Origin: a virus
Length of the DNA stretch: 64,000 bases
IMG/VR virus record: IMGVR_UViG_3300011113_000492
Coordinates: 1 to 64,000 of that record
Direction: 5' to 3' (one strand)
Made by a program: the position numbers and the translations under genes. The notes under the pieces are model-generated. The model saw nothing but the letters and a program-made list of their open reading frames with translations, made no database searches and was not told where the DNA came from. Below, in pieces: positions 9,500 to 19,071 of the stretch (the stretch's first letter is position 1; each line of letters opens with the position of its first letter).

Positions 9500-9872
9500 A
9501 GTAATAAACCATTACGAGAATCCTCGTAATGTTGGATCATTTGATAAAGGAGACGCACACGTTGGAACCGGCATGGTCGGTGCCCCAGCGTGTGGTTAGA
9601 TAGGCGATGTAATGAAACTTCAGATCAAAGTAGAAGATGGTATTATCATAGATGCGAGATTTAAAACGTATGGCTGCGGGTCGGCGATTGCAAGCAGTTC
9701 TCTTGTCACAGAATGGGTCAAAGGTAAAACACTTGACCATGCAGCAAGCATTAAGAATACAGAGATTGCAACAGAACTTGCCCTCCCTCCAGTCAAAATA
9801 CATTGTAGCATACTGGCCGAGGATGCAATTAAGGCAGCAGTAAATGATTACCGTAACCGACACAGCAAGTAA
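9483..9872 (+). CDS. iscU: Fe-S scaffold IscU interrupted by an in-frame 9-nt insert containing TAG (candidate ribosomal bypass, otherwise split gene or pseudogene)
   Basis: ATG 9483 reads MAYSDKVINHYENPRNVGSFDKGDAHVGTGMVGAPACG-[TAG ATA GGC]-DVMKLQIKV...FKTYGCGSAIAS...LPPVKIHCSILAEDAIKAA, all in one frame. The ORF track found only the part from 9612. Confidence 0.9.
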
Positions 9873-10164
9873 AAAAATACAACAACAACTTTCGAAACGC
9901 GGGAAGGGTGTCGGACTGCGAGTAGCAGTCAAAACAACCGGTTGCAGCGGCCTTGCATATGTGTTAGAATATGTAGACGAACCCAACCCCGAAGATCAAT
10001 GCGTTGATTGCAGTGGGTGTAAAGTTTTTGTCGATCCTAAAAGTTATGCTTATCTGACTGGACTAGAAATAGATTATGTAAGAAACGGGTTAAATGAAGG
10101 ATTCGAATTTAATAACCCAAATGAACGTGACCGTTGTGGTTGCGGAACTAGTTTTAGGATTTAA
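9844..10164 (+). CDS. iscA: Fe-S carrier IscA
   Basis: TGCSGLAY and CGCGTSF motifs. Confidence 0.95.
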   Translation: MITVTDTASKKIQQQLSKRGKGVGLRVAVKTTGCSGLAYVLEYVDEPNPEDQCVDCSGCKVFVDPKSYAYLTGLEIDYVRNGLNEGFEFNNPNERDRCGCGTSFRI

Positions 10165-10848
10165 ATGTTAATCAATAAATTTAATTACACAACCATTAAT
10201 AGAGAAACAGTTGATGGGAAAAGACACTATTGTTTGCCGGACGGAACCAAAGTACCCAGTGTTACTACTATTTTAGATCGCACCAAGCCCGAAGAAAAGC
10301 GTCAAGCCTTGGCTAATTGGAAAAAGCGTGTGGGCGAAGCACAAGCACAACAAATTACCACAGAAGCTGCTGGTCGTGGAACACGTATGCATAAATGGTT
10401 AGAAACATATGTCAAAGATGGTAGCTTGGGCATCCCAGGTACTAATCCTTACAGTCAACAAAGTCACTCAATGGCCAATGTTATTATTTTCGAAGGATTA
10501 GGCAAAAATGTCAGTGAATATTGGGGAGTAGAAGTTCCTGTTTACTATAGCGGACTGTATGCCGGCACCACAGATTGTATTGGCGTTTGGAAGGGCAAAC
10601 CAGCTATTTTAGACTTCAAACAGACTAATAAACCCAAGAAAAGAGAGTGGATCGACGACTATTTTATCCAGTTGGCGGCCTATGCACTGGCTCACAATAA
10701 TACACACGGAACAGATATTAAACAGGGTGTAATTTTGATGTGTAGTGCTGAAAATCAATATCAAGAATTTGAAATTACTGAACAAGAATTTGAACATTGG
10801 TCCAATGAGTGGCTTAAACGAGTAGAGCTCTATTACCTATCTAACTAA
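10165..10848 (+). CDS. PD-(D/E)XK exonuclease (MGME1/Cas4-like phage family)
   Basis: PSVTTIL, GTRMH, AGTTDC, DFKQ and QLAAY motifs. Confidence 0.85.
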   Translation: MLINKFNYTTINRETVDGKRHYCLPDGTKVPSVTTILDRTKPEEKRQALANWKKRVGEAQAQQITTEAAGRGTRMHKWLETYVKDGSLGIPGTNPYSQQSHSMANVIIFEGLGKNVSEYWGVEVPVYYSGLYAGTTDCIGVWKGKPAILDFKQTNKPKKREWIDDYFIQLAAYALAHNNTHGTDIKQGVILMCSAENQYQEFEITEQEFEHWSNEWLKRVELYYLSN

Positions 10849-10871
10849 ATACAAGATAGGAATTAGATAAA

Positions 10872-11411
10872 ATGGCAATTGTTCAAATATCACAGATCAA
10901 ACATAGACATGGGGTCAGAAGTGATTTACCTCAGTTGGCTACAGCTGAATTGGGGTGGAGTATAGACACTCGACAACTTTATATAGGCAACGGCACACTG
11001 CAAGAAGGTGCCCCCGAAGTCGGAGTAACAGAAATTCTAACACAGTACAGCAATTTACCAAACTATACTGTGTATACTCTCGGAATTACAGCAAATACAA
11101 CTTCCAATGTAACCAATGCTATTGCCACAAATAATACTCCGGCAATCTATATTCAATATGCAATCGTTAGAAATAATGCTTCCAGGTCGGGGTGGTTAAA
11201 ACTAGCCAGCAATACTGCTAATGTTGCAGCACCTGGTGCAATTGTCTATGACGAAGAATACAGTGAAACATCTGATGTTGGGGTAGTTTTCGGCTACACC
11301 CCCATAGGCACAACAGGTTCAAACGCCTATGTGCAACTTACTGCTACAGTATCAAATTCTTCGGTGTTTAATGCAAACATGCAGTATACTATAAGCACGT
11401 TGTCCTTTTAA
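10872..11411 (+). CDS. Virion protein with Mtd-N-like tail-fibre N-terminal domain
   Basis: MAIVQISQIKHRHG...LATAELGWSIDTRQLYIGNG. A late promoter CTAAATA lies upstream. Confidence 0.65.
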   Translation: MAIVQISQIKHRHGVRSDLPQLATAELGWSIDTRQLYIGNGTLQEGAPEVGVTEILTQYSNLPNYTVYTLGITANTTSNVTNAIATNNTPAIYIQYAIVRNNASRSGWLKLASNTANVAAPGAIVYDEEYSETSDVGVVFGYTPIGTTGSNAYVQLTATVSNSSVFNANMQYTISTLSF

Positions 11412-11432
11412 CTTTACTAATTATTAACAAGC

Positions 11433-11879
11433 ATGTGGAATCTACTACCCAGCGAACGGCTTCGCTGTTGGCAAGATTTTCGTAAATCTATTAGCCAAAA
11501 AAATTTCGAAGATGCCCTCAAAGAAACAACACATTTGTGGAGCTACGCACCATATCAAGCACATTATTTGACCACAGATCAAATCAACGAATGGCCCGGG
11601 CCATGGGAATTGATATATGAAAACTATTACTGCGATCTTGCAAAGGCGCTGGGAATAGTGTATACTTTATTTCTAAGTAGTCACAGATCAGAAATCGAAA
11701 TAAGGATATATAATGAACCTTCGACCAAGGAACAGTATAATTTAGTATTTGTTGACAAAGGAAAATATGTCCTTAATTACATTCATGACGAAGTAGTAAA
11801 TAAAAAACAAATTAACAAAGACCTAAAATTAATTAAGACACTGTCCGAATCAGATCTAGGACTTTATAAATTACAATAA
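11433..11879 (+). CDS. Hypothetical phage protein
   Basis: 148-aa ORF. Confidence 0.6.
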   Translation: MWNLLPSERLRCWQDFRKSISQKNFEDALKETTHLWSYAPYQAHYLTTDQINEWPGPWELIYENYYCDLAKALGIVYTLFLSSHRSEIEIRIYNEPSTKEQYNLVFVDKGKYVLNYIHDEVVNKKQINKDLKLIKTLSESDLGLYKLQ

Positions 11880-11894
11880 GAGAAAAAAGAATCA

Positions 11895-14195
11895 ATGACA
11901 CAAATTCAAGTTATAAAAAGAGACGGACACAAAGAACCTCTAGATTTAGAAAAATTACATAAAGTTGTATTTTGGGCCACTAAAGATATCACAGGTGTAA
12001 GCGCCAGTGAGTTAGAAATCAAAAGTCGCATACAATTTTACAATGGAATCAAAACCACAGATATTCAAGAAACTATGATTAAGAGTGCCGCTGACCTTAT
12101 CAGCGAAGACGCTCCTAATTATCAATATGTAGCAGGTAGGTTAATTAACTATCATTTACGCAAACAAGTTTATGGGAATTACCAACCTTGTAGTGTATTA
12201 GAGCTAGTTAAAAAAAATGTTGCCCGCGGATTCTATGATCAAGGATTGCTGGAAGCTTTTAGTGAAGAAGAATGGAACGAAATTAATCAATTCGTAGTTC
12301 ACGAAAGGGATGAACATTTTACCTATGTAGCCATGGAACAATGGCGTGGAAAATATTTGGTACAAAATCGCGTCACTGGAGAAATCTACGAAACGCCACA
12401 AATGGCCTACATTTTAATTGCAGCAACTTTATTTCAAAAATATCCTAAGGAAACAAGACTACAATGGGTAAAGGATTATTATAATGCAGTATCTAATCAT
12501 GATATTAGTTTGCCTACCCCCATTATGGCTGGTGTACGTACACCACAAAAACAATTTAGTTCGTGCGTTCTTATTGAGACTGATGATAGCTTGGACAGTA
12601 TTAATGCTACTGCTAGCAGTATCGTACGATACGTCAGCCAAAAAGCCGGAATTGGTATTGGAGCAGGACGAATTAGGGCTTTGGGTTCGCCTATTAGGAG
12701 TGGAGACGCCTATCACACGGGTGTAATCCCCTTTTACAAACACTTTCAAAGTGCAACTCGCAGTTGCAGTCAAGGCGGGGTACGCAATGGTGCAGCCACG
12801 TTATACTACCCCATATGGCATTTAGAAGTCGATGACTTGTTAGTGCTTAAAAATAATAAAGGTACTGAAGACAATCGTGTTCGTCATATGGACTATGGTG
12901 TGCAGTTTAACAAACTAATGTACGAACGATTGATCACCGGCGGCGACATTACTTGTTTTAGTCCACATGATGTTCCCGAGATGTACGAAGCATTCTTTAA
13001 TGATCAGGATAAGTTTAAAGAGTTATATGAACGTGCAGAACGCAATACCAAGCTACGAAAGAAAACTTATAAAGCATTAGACTTATTTGGCAGGTTTGTG
13101 CAAGAACGAAAGGACACTGGTAGAGTTTACTTAATGAATGTGGACCATGCTAATACTCATAGTCCATTTAAAGAAAAAATTGCTCCTATTAAAATGAGTA
13201 ATCTATGTACTGAAATTGACTTGCCCACAGTGCCACTTAAAGATTTAAATGACCCTGACGGAAGAATTGCACTATGTACTCTAAGTGCAACTAACTGGGG
13301 AAATGTTAAGAGTCCAAAAGACTTTGAACGTATGTGTACATTAGCGGTCCGAGGATTGGATGCACTATTAAGTTATCAACACTATCCAGTGTTAGCTGCA
13401 AAGTTAGCCACAGAAGAATTTAGGCCATTGGGTATTGGTATTATTAATTTTGCATATTTCTTGGCCAAACATGATGTCAGTTACAGTGATCCACGTGCAT
13501 TGGCTCTTGTTGATGAATATGCAGAAGCATGGAGTTACTATCTAATTAAAGCCAGTGTAGAGCTTGCAAAAGAGCAAGGGGCTTGTGGTCGTTGGAAAGA
13601 TTTAAAATCAGCTGATGGTATTTTGCCAATTGACACACGTAAGTCAGAAGTTGATGAGTTGGTTCCGCATCAAGAGCGTATGGATTGGCAAAGTCTCAGA
13701 GAAGATGCCGCACGTTACGGACAAAGAAATGCCACCTTAATGGCGTTAATGCCTGCGGAAACTTCTGCACAGATCAGTAACAGTACCAATGGCATCGAGC
13801 CTCCACGCAGCTATGTCAGTGTTAAACAAAGCAAGCATGGTGTTTTGAAACAGGTTGTACCTGAATATCGAAAACTAAAAAACAAATACGAACTACTATG
13901 GGATCAAAAATCTCCCGAAGGTTATTTGAAAATTTGTGCAGTGCTTCAAAAATATATCGATCAAGGTATCAGTGTTAATACCAGTTACAATCCCCACCAT
14001 TACGAAGATGAAAAAATTCCAATGAGTGAAATGATTGGTCACCTGCTTATGTGTTATAAGTATGGTACTAAGCAACTATATTATTTCAACACCATGGATG
14101 GCCAAGGTGAAATCGATGTTGAGAAACTTTCAGCTAAACAAGAAGAATCTGTAACAGCTAGTGACCAAGAAGACTGCGATAGTTGTGTAATTTAA
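11895..14195 (+). CDS. nrdA: Class Ia ribonucleotide reductase alpha subunit with ATP cone
   Basis: VIKRDG ATP cone, FSSCVL, SNLCTEI, LMPAETS and C-terminal CDSCVI. Intact, no intein. Confidence 0.98.
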   Translation: MTQIQVIKRDGHKEPLDLEKLHKVVFWATKDITGVSASELEIKSRIQFYNGIKTTDIQETMIKSAADLISEDAPNYQYVAGRLINYHLRKQVYGNYQPCSVLELVKKNVARGFYDQGLLEAFSEEEWNEINQFVVHERDEHFTYVAMEQWRGKYLVQNRVTGEIYETPQMAYILIAATLFQKYPKETRLQWVKDYYNAVSNHDISLPTPIMAGVRTPQKQFSSCVLIETDDSLDSINATASSIVRYVSQKAGIGIGAGRIRALGSPIRSGDAYHTGVIPFYKHFQSATRSCSQGGVRNGAATLYYPIWHLEVDDLLVLKNNKGTEDNRVRHMDYGVQFNKLMYERLITGGDITCFSPHDVPEMYEAFFNDQDKFKELYERAERNTKLRKKTYKALDLFGRFVQERKDTGRVYLMNVDHANTHSPFKEKIAPIKMSNLCTEIDLPTVPLKDLNDPDGRIALCTLSATNWGNVKSPKDFERMCTLAVRGLDALLSYQHYPVLAAKLATEEFRPLGIGIINFAYFLAKHDVSYSDPRALALVDEYAEAWSYYLIKASVELAKEQGACGRWKDLKSADGILPIDTRKSEVDELVPHQERMDWQSLREDAARYGQRNATLMALMPAETSAQISNSTNGIEPPRSYVSVKQSKHGVLKQVVPEYRKLKNKYELLWDQKSPEGYLKICAVLQKYIDQGISVNTSYNPHHYEDEKIPMSEMIGHLLMCYKYGTKQLYYFNTMDGQGEIDVEKLSAKQEESVTASDQEDCDSCVI

Positions 14196-14210
14196 AATAA
14201 GGAAAAATTA

Positions 14211-15338
14211 ATGAGCGTCTTTAATATTAATAATAAGAAAAAACACACAGAAGCCTTGGCATTTCTGGATCCAAGCGGTCCAGTCAACGTTCAACGTTAC
14301 GAAACTTTAAAGTATCGTCAATTTGACAAATTGACAGACAAACAATTAGGATTTTTTTGGCGACCAGAAGAAGTTGATCTGTTGCGTGATGCCAAAGATT
14401 TTAAAGAGTTAACCGACTTCGAACAACATATCTTTACTAGTAATTTAAAACGTCAAATTCTATTAGACAGTGTACAAGGCCGCAGTCCAAATTTAGCATT
14501 ACTGCCTCTGGCCACAATTCCTGAATTAGAAACATGGATCGAGACATGGGCATTCAATGAAACCATCCATAGCCGTAGTTATACACATATTATTAGAAAT
14601 GTGTTCAGTAACCCCAGTGAAGTATTTGATGAAATATTGACCATTGAACCCATAGTTAACTGTGCCAAAGACATTAGTCGTTATTACGATGATTTAATAG
14701 AAGCCAGCCTATGGTATCAAACTTTGGGAGTAGGCAAGCATATAGTAAACGGTAGGGAAATTGTTGTTGACTTGTACGATCTAAAAAGAAAACTATGGTT
14801 GTGTTTGAATAATGTTAATGCATTAGAAGGAATTCGATTCTATGTCAGTTTTGCCTGTAGTTGGGCATTTGCTGAATTAAAGAAGATGGAAGGCAATGCT
14901 AAAACTATTAAACTGATTGCCCGTGATGAAAATATTCATCTTGGCAGCACACAGACTTTGCTTAAGTTGTTACCACAAGATGATCCAGACTATGCTAAAC
15001 TTAAAGCGGAGACTAAAGAAGAATGTGAACGAATGTTTTTGAGTGCAGCAGAACAAGAAAAAACTTGGGCAGAATATTTGTTTAAAGATGGATCGATGAT
15101 CGGTCTTAACACACAACTGTTATGCCAATATGTTGATTGGTTAACTTGTAAACGTATGACAGCAGTGGGACTAGACTGTGGAATTAAACCAGGTAGCAAT
15201 CCTTTGCCATGGACCGCTAAATGGATTGCTGGAGCCGAAGTTCAAGTGGCACCGCAGGAAACCGAGATAAGTAGCTATGTGATTGGCGGAACTAAGCAAG
15301 ACGTCGATCAATCTACTTTCAAAGGATTTACATTATAA
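14211..15338 (+). CDS. nrdB: Class Ia ribonucleotide reductase beta subunit
   Basis: [31 protein letters not shown] and RDENIH motifs. Confidence 0.98.
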   Translation: MSVFNINNKKKHTEALAFLDPSGPVNVQRYETLKYRQFDKLTDKQLGFFWRPEEVDLLRDAKDFKELTDFEQHIFTSNLKRQILLDSVQGRSPNLALLPLATIPELETWIETWAFNETIHSRSYTHIIRNVFSNPSEVFDEILTIEPIVNCAKDISRYYDDLIEASLWYQTLGVGKHIVNGREIVVDLYDLKRKLWLCLNNVNALEGIRFYVSFACSWAFAELKKMEGNAKTIKLIARDENIHLGSTQTLLKLLPQDDPDYAKLKAETKEECERMFLSAAEQEKTWAEYLFKDGSMIGLNTQLLCQYVDWLTCKRMTAVGLDCGIKPGSNPLPWTAKWIAGAEVQVAPQETEISSYVIGGTKQDVDQSTFKGFTL

Positions 15339-15601
15339 TGCTCACTGTCTATTCTAAAAATAACTGTCCTTTTTGTGTACAGGCAAAAAATTTACTAACG
15401 TTAAAAAACATTCCGTTTACTGAAGTAAAAATCGACGAAGATTCGACTGCAAAAGAATTTGTATTAAATGAAGGTCATCGAACAGTGCCACAAATTTATT
15501 TAGGTGGAAAATTGTTTGTACAAGGGGGCTATCAAGGACTATCAAAATTAACTGAAGATCAATTAAAGGAAAAATTAAGTGTTACAGAACAAAAGTTATA
15601 A
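15338..15601 (+). CDS. Glutaredoxin
   Basis: CPFC active site and TVPQI motif, located after nrdB. Confidence 0.93.
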   Translation: MLTVYSKNNCPFCVQAKNLLTLKNIPFTEVKIDEDSTAKEFVLNEGHRTVPQIYLGGKLFVQGGYQGLSKLTEDQLKEKLSVTEQKL

Positions 15602-15890
15602 CAGCGGCGATATTGCTTGTTTTAAATTAGTTAACGGCGACGAAGTAGTCGCTAAAGTAGTAGATGCCCATTTAATGGGATGGACTGTGAGCAGACCATG
15701 TACAGTCATTCCCAGTCCGCAAGGTATAGGACTGATGCAAAGCCTATTTTCTGGTGATATAAATAAGGATGTAGAGCTTAAAAAGGAGCACGTAATGATG
15801 CACTCTCCGGTAATTAAGCAACTCGAGGACCATTACCTACAAACCACAACTGGAATTCAAACGGTAAGTAAAGGTCCTATTGTAGTTTAA
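15579..15890 (+). CDS. Conserved phage protein (Sm-like beta fold suspected)
   Basis: FKLVNGDEVVAKV pattern. Confidence 0.5.
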   Translation: MLQNKSYNSGDIACFKLVNGDEVVAKVVDAHLMGWTVSRPCTVIPSPQGIGLMQSLFSGDINKDVELKKEHVMMHSPVIKQLEDHYLQTTTGIQTVSKGPIVV

Positions 15891-15898
15891 GGACTTTT

Positions 15899-16687
15899 AT
15901 GTCAGTAGTGAGACAAGGTGACATGTTTGGATATGGCGGTATTGTTACCGCTCCAGCAAGTTCATCTGTGACAGTCAATGGTAGACCTGTGGCATTGTTT
16001 GGTGCCATATACACACCTCATTACGGCTGTACTCCTAAAACGTTTATACATTGTTTTGGATTTATATTCGATAATCCTGCTGGCGTTACTATAGAAGGAC
16101 AAATTCCAATTACCAAAGGCGGATTAGGTATATGCGGCCATAAACCCACGACAGGCAGTAGCGATGTTTTTATTGTAGGAGGAGGTTTTGGTATTGCAGG
16201 TGCTATTTTAGGTGCAGGTCTTCAAGGCGGTTTTTCACCATCAGATGCCGGCGCAGATGCGGTTGGGGGCGGACTGGCTAGTACAGCAGAACAAACAGCA
16301 ATCAATCAAGCACTGGGCACCGCCGAAACCGCAGCTACCTCCGCATTTTCTAGTTTTACTGATTCTTTTAGCCAATTCGCTGATAGCTTTAGTGCTTTTA
16401 CTGAACCCCTCACTGCTATTACTGATTCAGTGGGCACAATCACTGATACAATAAAAACTGCTTTAGGCGGCGGAATCGTGGGAGATATTGCCGTAGGAGC
16501 AGCTAGATCAGCTGCCAGTTCTGTGGTTACTTCTGCATGGGGATCTTACGTAGTAGATAACACTGTTCGAACTTCCGCACCGCCTAGTTCTAATAGGCCT
16601 GCGATTGAAGCTTCTGCCACAGCACCTTCTCAGCTGGCGACAAATGGTTTTTCAGTAAGAACTGAATCGCCTACAGTTACTGTATGA
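15899..16687 (+). CDS. PAAR-like baseplate spike with a long C-terminal extension
   Basis: VVRQGD...VTVNGRPVA...H...C...CGH...GSSDVF, followed by about 165 aa rich in Ala/Ser/Thr/Gly. Confidence 0.75.
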   Translation: MSVVRQGDMFGYGGIVTAPASSSVTVNGRPVALFGAIYTPHYGCTPKTFIHCFGFIFDNPAGVTIEGQIPITKGGLGICGHKPTTGSSDVFIVGGGFGIAGAILGAGLQGGFSPSDAGADAVGGGLASTAEQTAINQALGTAETAATSAFSSFTDSFSQFADSFSAFTEPLTAITDSVGTITDTIKTALGGGIVGDIAVGAARSAASSVVTSAWGSYVVDNTVRTSAPPSSNRPAIEASATAPSQLATNGFSVRTESPTVTV

Positions 16688-16700
16688 TTGATTAATAAAA

Positions 16701-17216
16701 ATGGCCATTCCTAGACAATATTTAAATAATAGTCCGCAAATTACAATAGCTAATCTAAGTCCATTGCAATTGGCTGTTGCCTACTACATGGACCAAGGGC
16801 AACAAATTCCTTTTTTTATAAATCAGGAATTCTTAAGACAGATGACTACTTTTGCTAGTAGCGGAATAATAACTCCAGAAATGATATCTGTTCCCGGAAT
16901 TTCAGTGGTTCTGCAAGGCAACGACGTCTATGTACAAAGACGAGCAGCAGATTGCGGCCCGGATGAAACGGACAGGTATGAATATGTCTATGCAGGAACC
17001 AAACAGGATTTACTGCCAGACAGTTGGAGTTTTGATGGAATATTAGTCAGAGGTGGCAGTGCCGCAAATGGTGCAGGTGGGCCTTGGGGAACAGGTGGTT
17101 TGACTAGTCAAGATCCTACTCCCAACAACGGAGTTGATCGTCAACCGGACATAGTAACAAATGTAACTGCTACTTATGGTACAAATATTTCTGCTAGCAC
17201 ATCGGGGATAGGATAA
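16701..17216 (+). CDS. Hypothetical, putative baseplate/tail protein
   Basis: 171-aa ORF after the PAAR gene. Confidence 0.45.
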   Translation: MAIPRQYLNNSPQITIANLSPLQLAVAYYMDQGQQIPFFINQEFLRQMTTFASSGIITPEMISVPGISVVLQGNDVYVQRRAADCGPDETDRYEYVYAGTKQDLLPDSWSFDGILVRGGSAANGAGGPWGTGGLTSQDPTPNNGVDRQPDIVTNVTATYGTNISASTSGIG

Positions 17217-18946
17217 TGTCTTTAGATACAGGTAATACAACAAGCCCAGGGCCTACCATAACGGCTAGCCAGGCCGGCAGCACTGACAATAACTACGTTT
17301 ATAACGTAGAGATGCCTCAGTATAATAATGTGCCTTCAGTTAGTGGACTGTATCAAGGAACATTGAGCGCTCAAGGAAATTTAGTTGCCATGCAAATAAA
17401 TCCTGGTGCTCCTAAATTTAAATCGTTGGGCTTAGTTTTTCGAGGTGCAGATCCTGAAGAGCTAACTGTTCAAATTCCATACCTGACAGGGTATCTCAGA
17501 GAATATTGGAAAGACCCCACTAGAGCTACTTTTGGGGCAAACTCTGCTATTCCAGCATTGACAGGAGTCATGCCTTCATCGATTCCCGAACTACAAGGCA
17601 ACGCCTTATACTATGTTGATTTGCAACTTACTAGGTTGTCTGGCAGTAATTTTTTCAATAATTACGCATTTATAAATAGTTTCAATCAAATTTTAGGATG
17701 GGTTACCACTAGCAACGAATATCTGGCTGCATTAAAAAATTCACAAGAAAATAATCTGGGATATTACGGTGCTAAAAATTATCAAGAATTTTTAACACAG
17801 GGATTTAGTAACTACGGTGTGGGAAATTCATTGAGAGCTGCCATTGGTAATATTGGTACCATGATAACAGAAATCAAAAACGGGCATTTCGGTACCGCAA
17901 ATTCTGTGGCAAAGCATCTACTAGATAAAGGGCTTGGGGCTATTGGCGATTTGTCAACAAAATTGATAGCAGCAGATGTAAATTTTTCAAACATTTACGA
18001 TGATTTATATACTCAAGATATAACTTTGGCTCTAGAATCTATTACTGGCGCAGGAGACTTAGTAATAATTCAGACAGTGTTAGGAAGTACCATACCTAAC
18101 CTTAGAAGTCCTTTAGACTATACCAGTATCGAACGAGCTTCGGGCGGAAACAATGACAGCGCATTTTCAAATTTTCAAGCATTCGGACTAGACTTATATC
18201 AAAGAGCTCCTGGTTTAACAGTGGCAAATGGACAAGAATTGTTGACTGTGATAGATCAAGTCTTGGCGCAGGTTCCTGCCAGTGTTGAATCGTTGTCTAC
18301 TCCCACTAGTTTATTACCTGCTGCAATCATAGATGGGCTACGATCCTTCTTGCCCACTGGACCGAACAGCGGACCAGTATCAATTTTAAATGTAATAGGA
18401 ATGGCTTCGGGATATTTAATTAGTCAGATAACCGCAGTCAACCAAGCTATAGATCAATTAAGTAAAACCAGTTATGGTAATCAAATTAGGGCTGCATTGA
18501 CTGCTGTCAGTAAAACTTACTCGGGATTACAATCAAACATTGATGGTACCGGTTTTTCTGTCGCAACCCAGACTGAATACGACACCGCTGTTAGAAATTA
18601 TTATAATGTATTAAATGCAGCGGCCACTGATCCGCAGACCAGCGCCATAGTGGATAAAATAAATAAAAACTGGTTAGAGCTTTGCCAGTTCACTTACTAC
18701 GAAGTTGTTAACTATAATAAAGCCAATATTACAGCAGGGTCGTTCAATGATAATTCATTGATCTACGGATTTGTAAACAGTTTACCAAGTTACGCAGCAG
18801 ACAGCCAAAGTATAGGCACTGACTACTTATTATTTGGTATGTGTCAGCCAAATCAAGCAGGCGATATCGTTAAATCTTTATTAAATCAAAACAAAAATAA
18901 CAATGTTCTTAGCAGTATCGGTGTTCGAATAACAGGTGCAGTATAA
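17216..18946 (+). CDS. Putative virion (tail/baseplate) protein
   Basis: 576 aa, rich in Asn/Ser/Thr/Gly, coupled by TAATG. Confidence 0.45.
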   Translation: MSLDTGNTTSPGPTITASQAGSTDNNYVYNVEMPQYNNVPSVSGLYQGTLSAQGNLVAMQINPGAPKFKSLGLVFRGADPEELTVQIPYLTGYLREYWKDPTRATFGANSAIPALTGVMPSSIPELQGNALYYVDLQLTRLSGSNFFNNYAFINSFNQILGWVTTSNEYLAALKNSQENNLGYYGAKNYQEFLTQGFSNYGVGNSLRAAIGNIGTMITEIKNGHFGTANSVAKHLLDKGLGAIGDLSTKLIAADVNFSNIYDDLYTQDITLALESITGAGDLVIIQTVLGSTIPNLRSPLDYTSIERASGGNNDSAFSNFQAFGLDLYQRAPGLTVANGQELLTVIDQVLAQVPASVESLSTPTSLLPAAIIDGLRSFLPTGPNSGPVSILNVIGMASGYLISQITAVNQAIDQLSKTSYGNQIRAALTAVSKTYSGLQSNIDGTGFSVATQTEYDTAVRNYYNVLNAAATDPQTSAIVDKINKNWLELCQFTYYEVVNYNKANITAGSFNDNSLIYGFVNSLPSYAADSQSIGTDYLLFGMCQPNQAGDIVKSLLNQNKNNNVLSSIGVRITGAV

Positions 18947-19071
18947 ACCAAATTACTTGTTTTATATCAAAAAATAGCTATAATAGTGTCTGTTAACTAG
19001 TTAAGTTAGCAGTTTATGTCAGTTTAGTGTTGGTATATAAAACTGCACTGTCTAAAAAAGGAGAAAGTAAT

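Noticed and set aside
9597-9599. Genome-wide TAG reassignment (code 15) as the explanation for the iscU stop
   Set aside because: Long genes are intact under the standard code and no other gene appears broken by TAG. Simple readthrough would also leave three extra residues between the Cys-Gly and Asp of IscU.
9595-9603. The iscU insert can be written GTTAGATAG, like a GT-AG intron, or read as a group I intron
   Set aside because: Nine nt is far too short for any self-splicing intron and there is no spliceosome in a bacterial host. The GT..AG ends follow from the duplicated Gly codons.
10165-10848. Cas4-like nuclease suggesting a CRISPR locus
   Set aside because: No repeat-spacer array or other cas genes are present. 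The protein fits the common stand-alone phage PD-(D/E)XK exonuclease family.
943-15338. Possible inteins or introns in the helicase, nrdA or nrdB
   Set aside because: Lengths are typical, motifs are contiguous and no intein splice motifs are visible.
16701-18946. Possible frameshift-split single tail protein
   Set aside because: The junction is an ordinary TAATG overlap with a purine-rich SD and no slippery site.
18995-19010. TTAACTAGTTAA resembles the core of the E. coli trp operator
   Set aside because: It is a short AT-rich palindrome with no tryptophan-related gene nearby. It is kept only as part of the leader finding.
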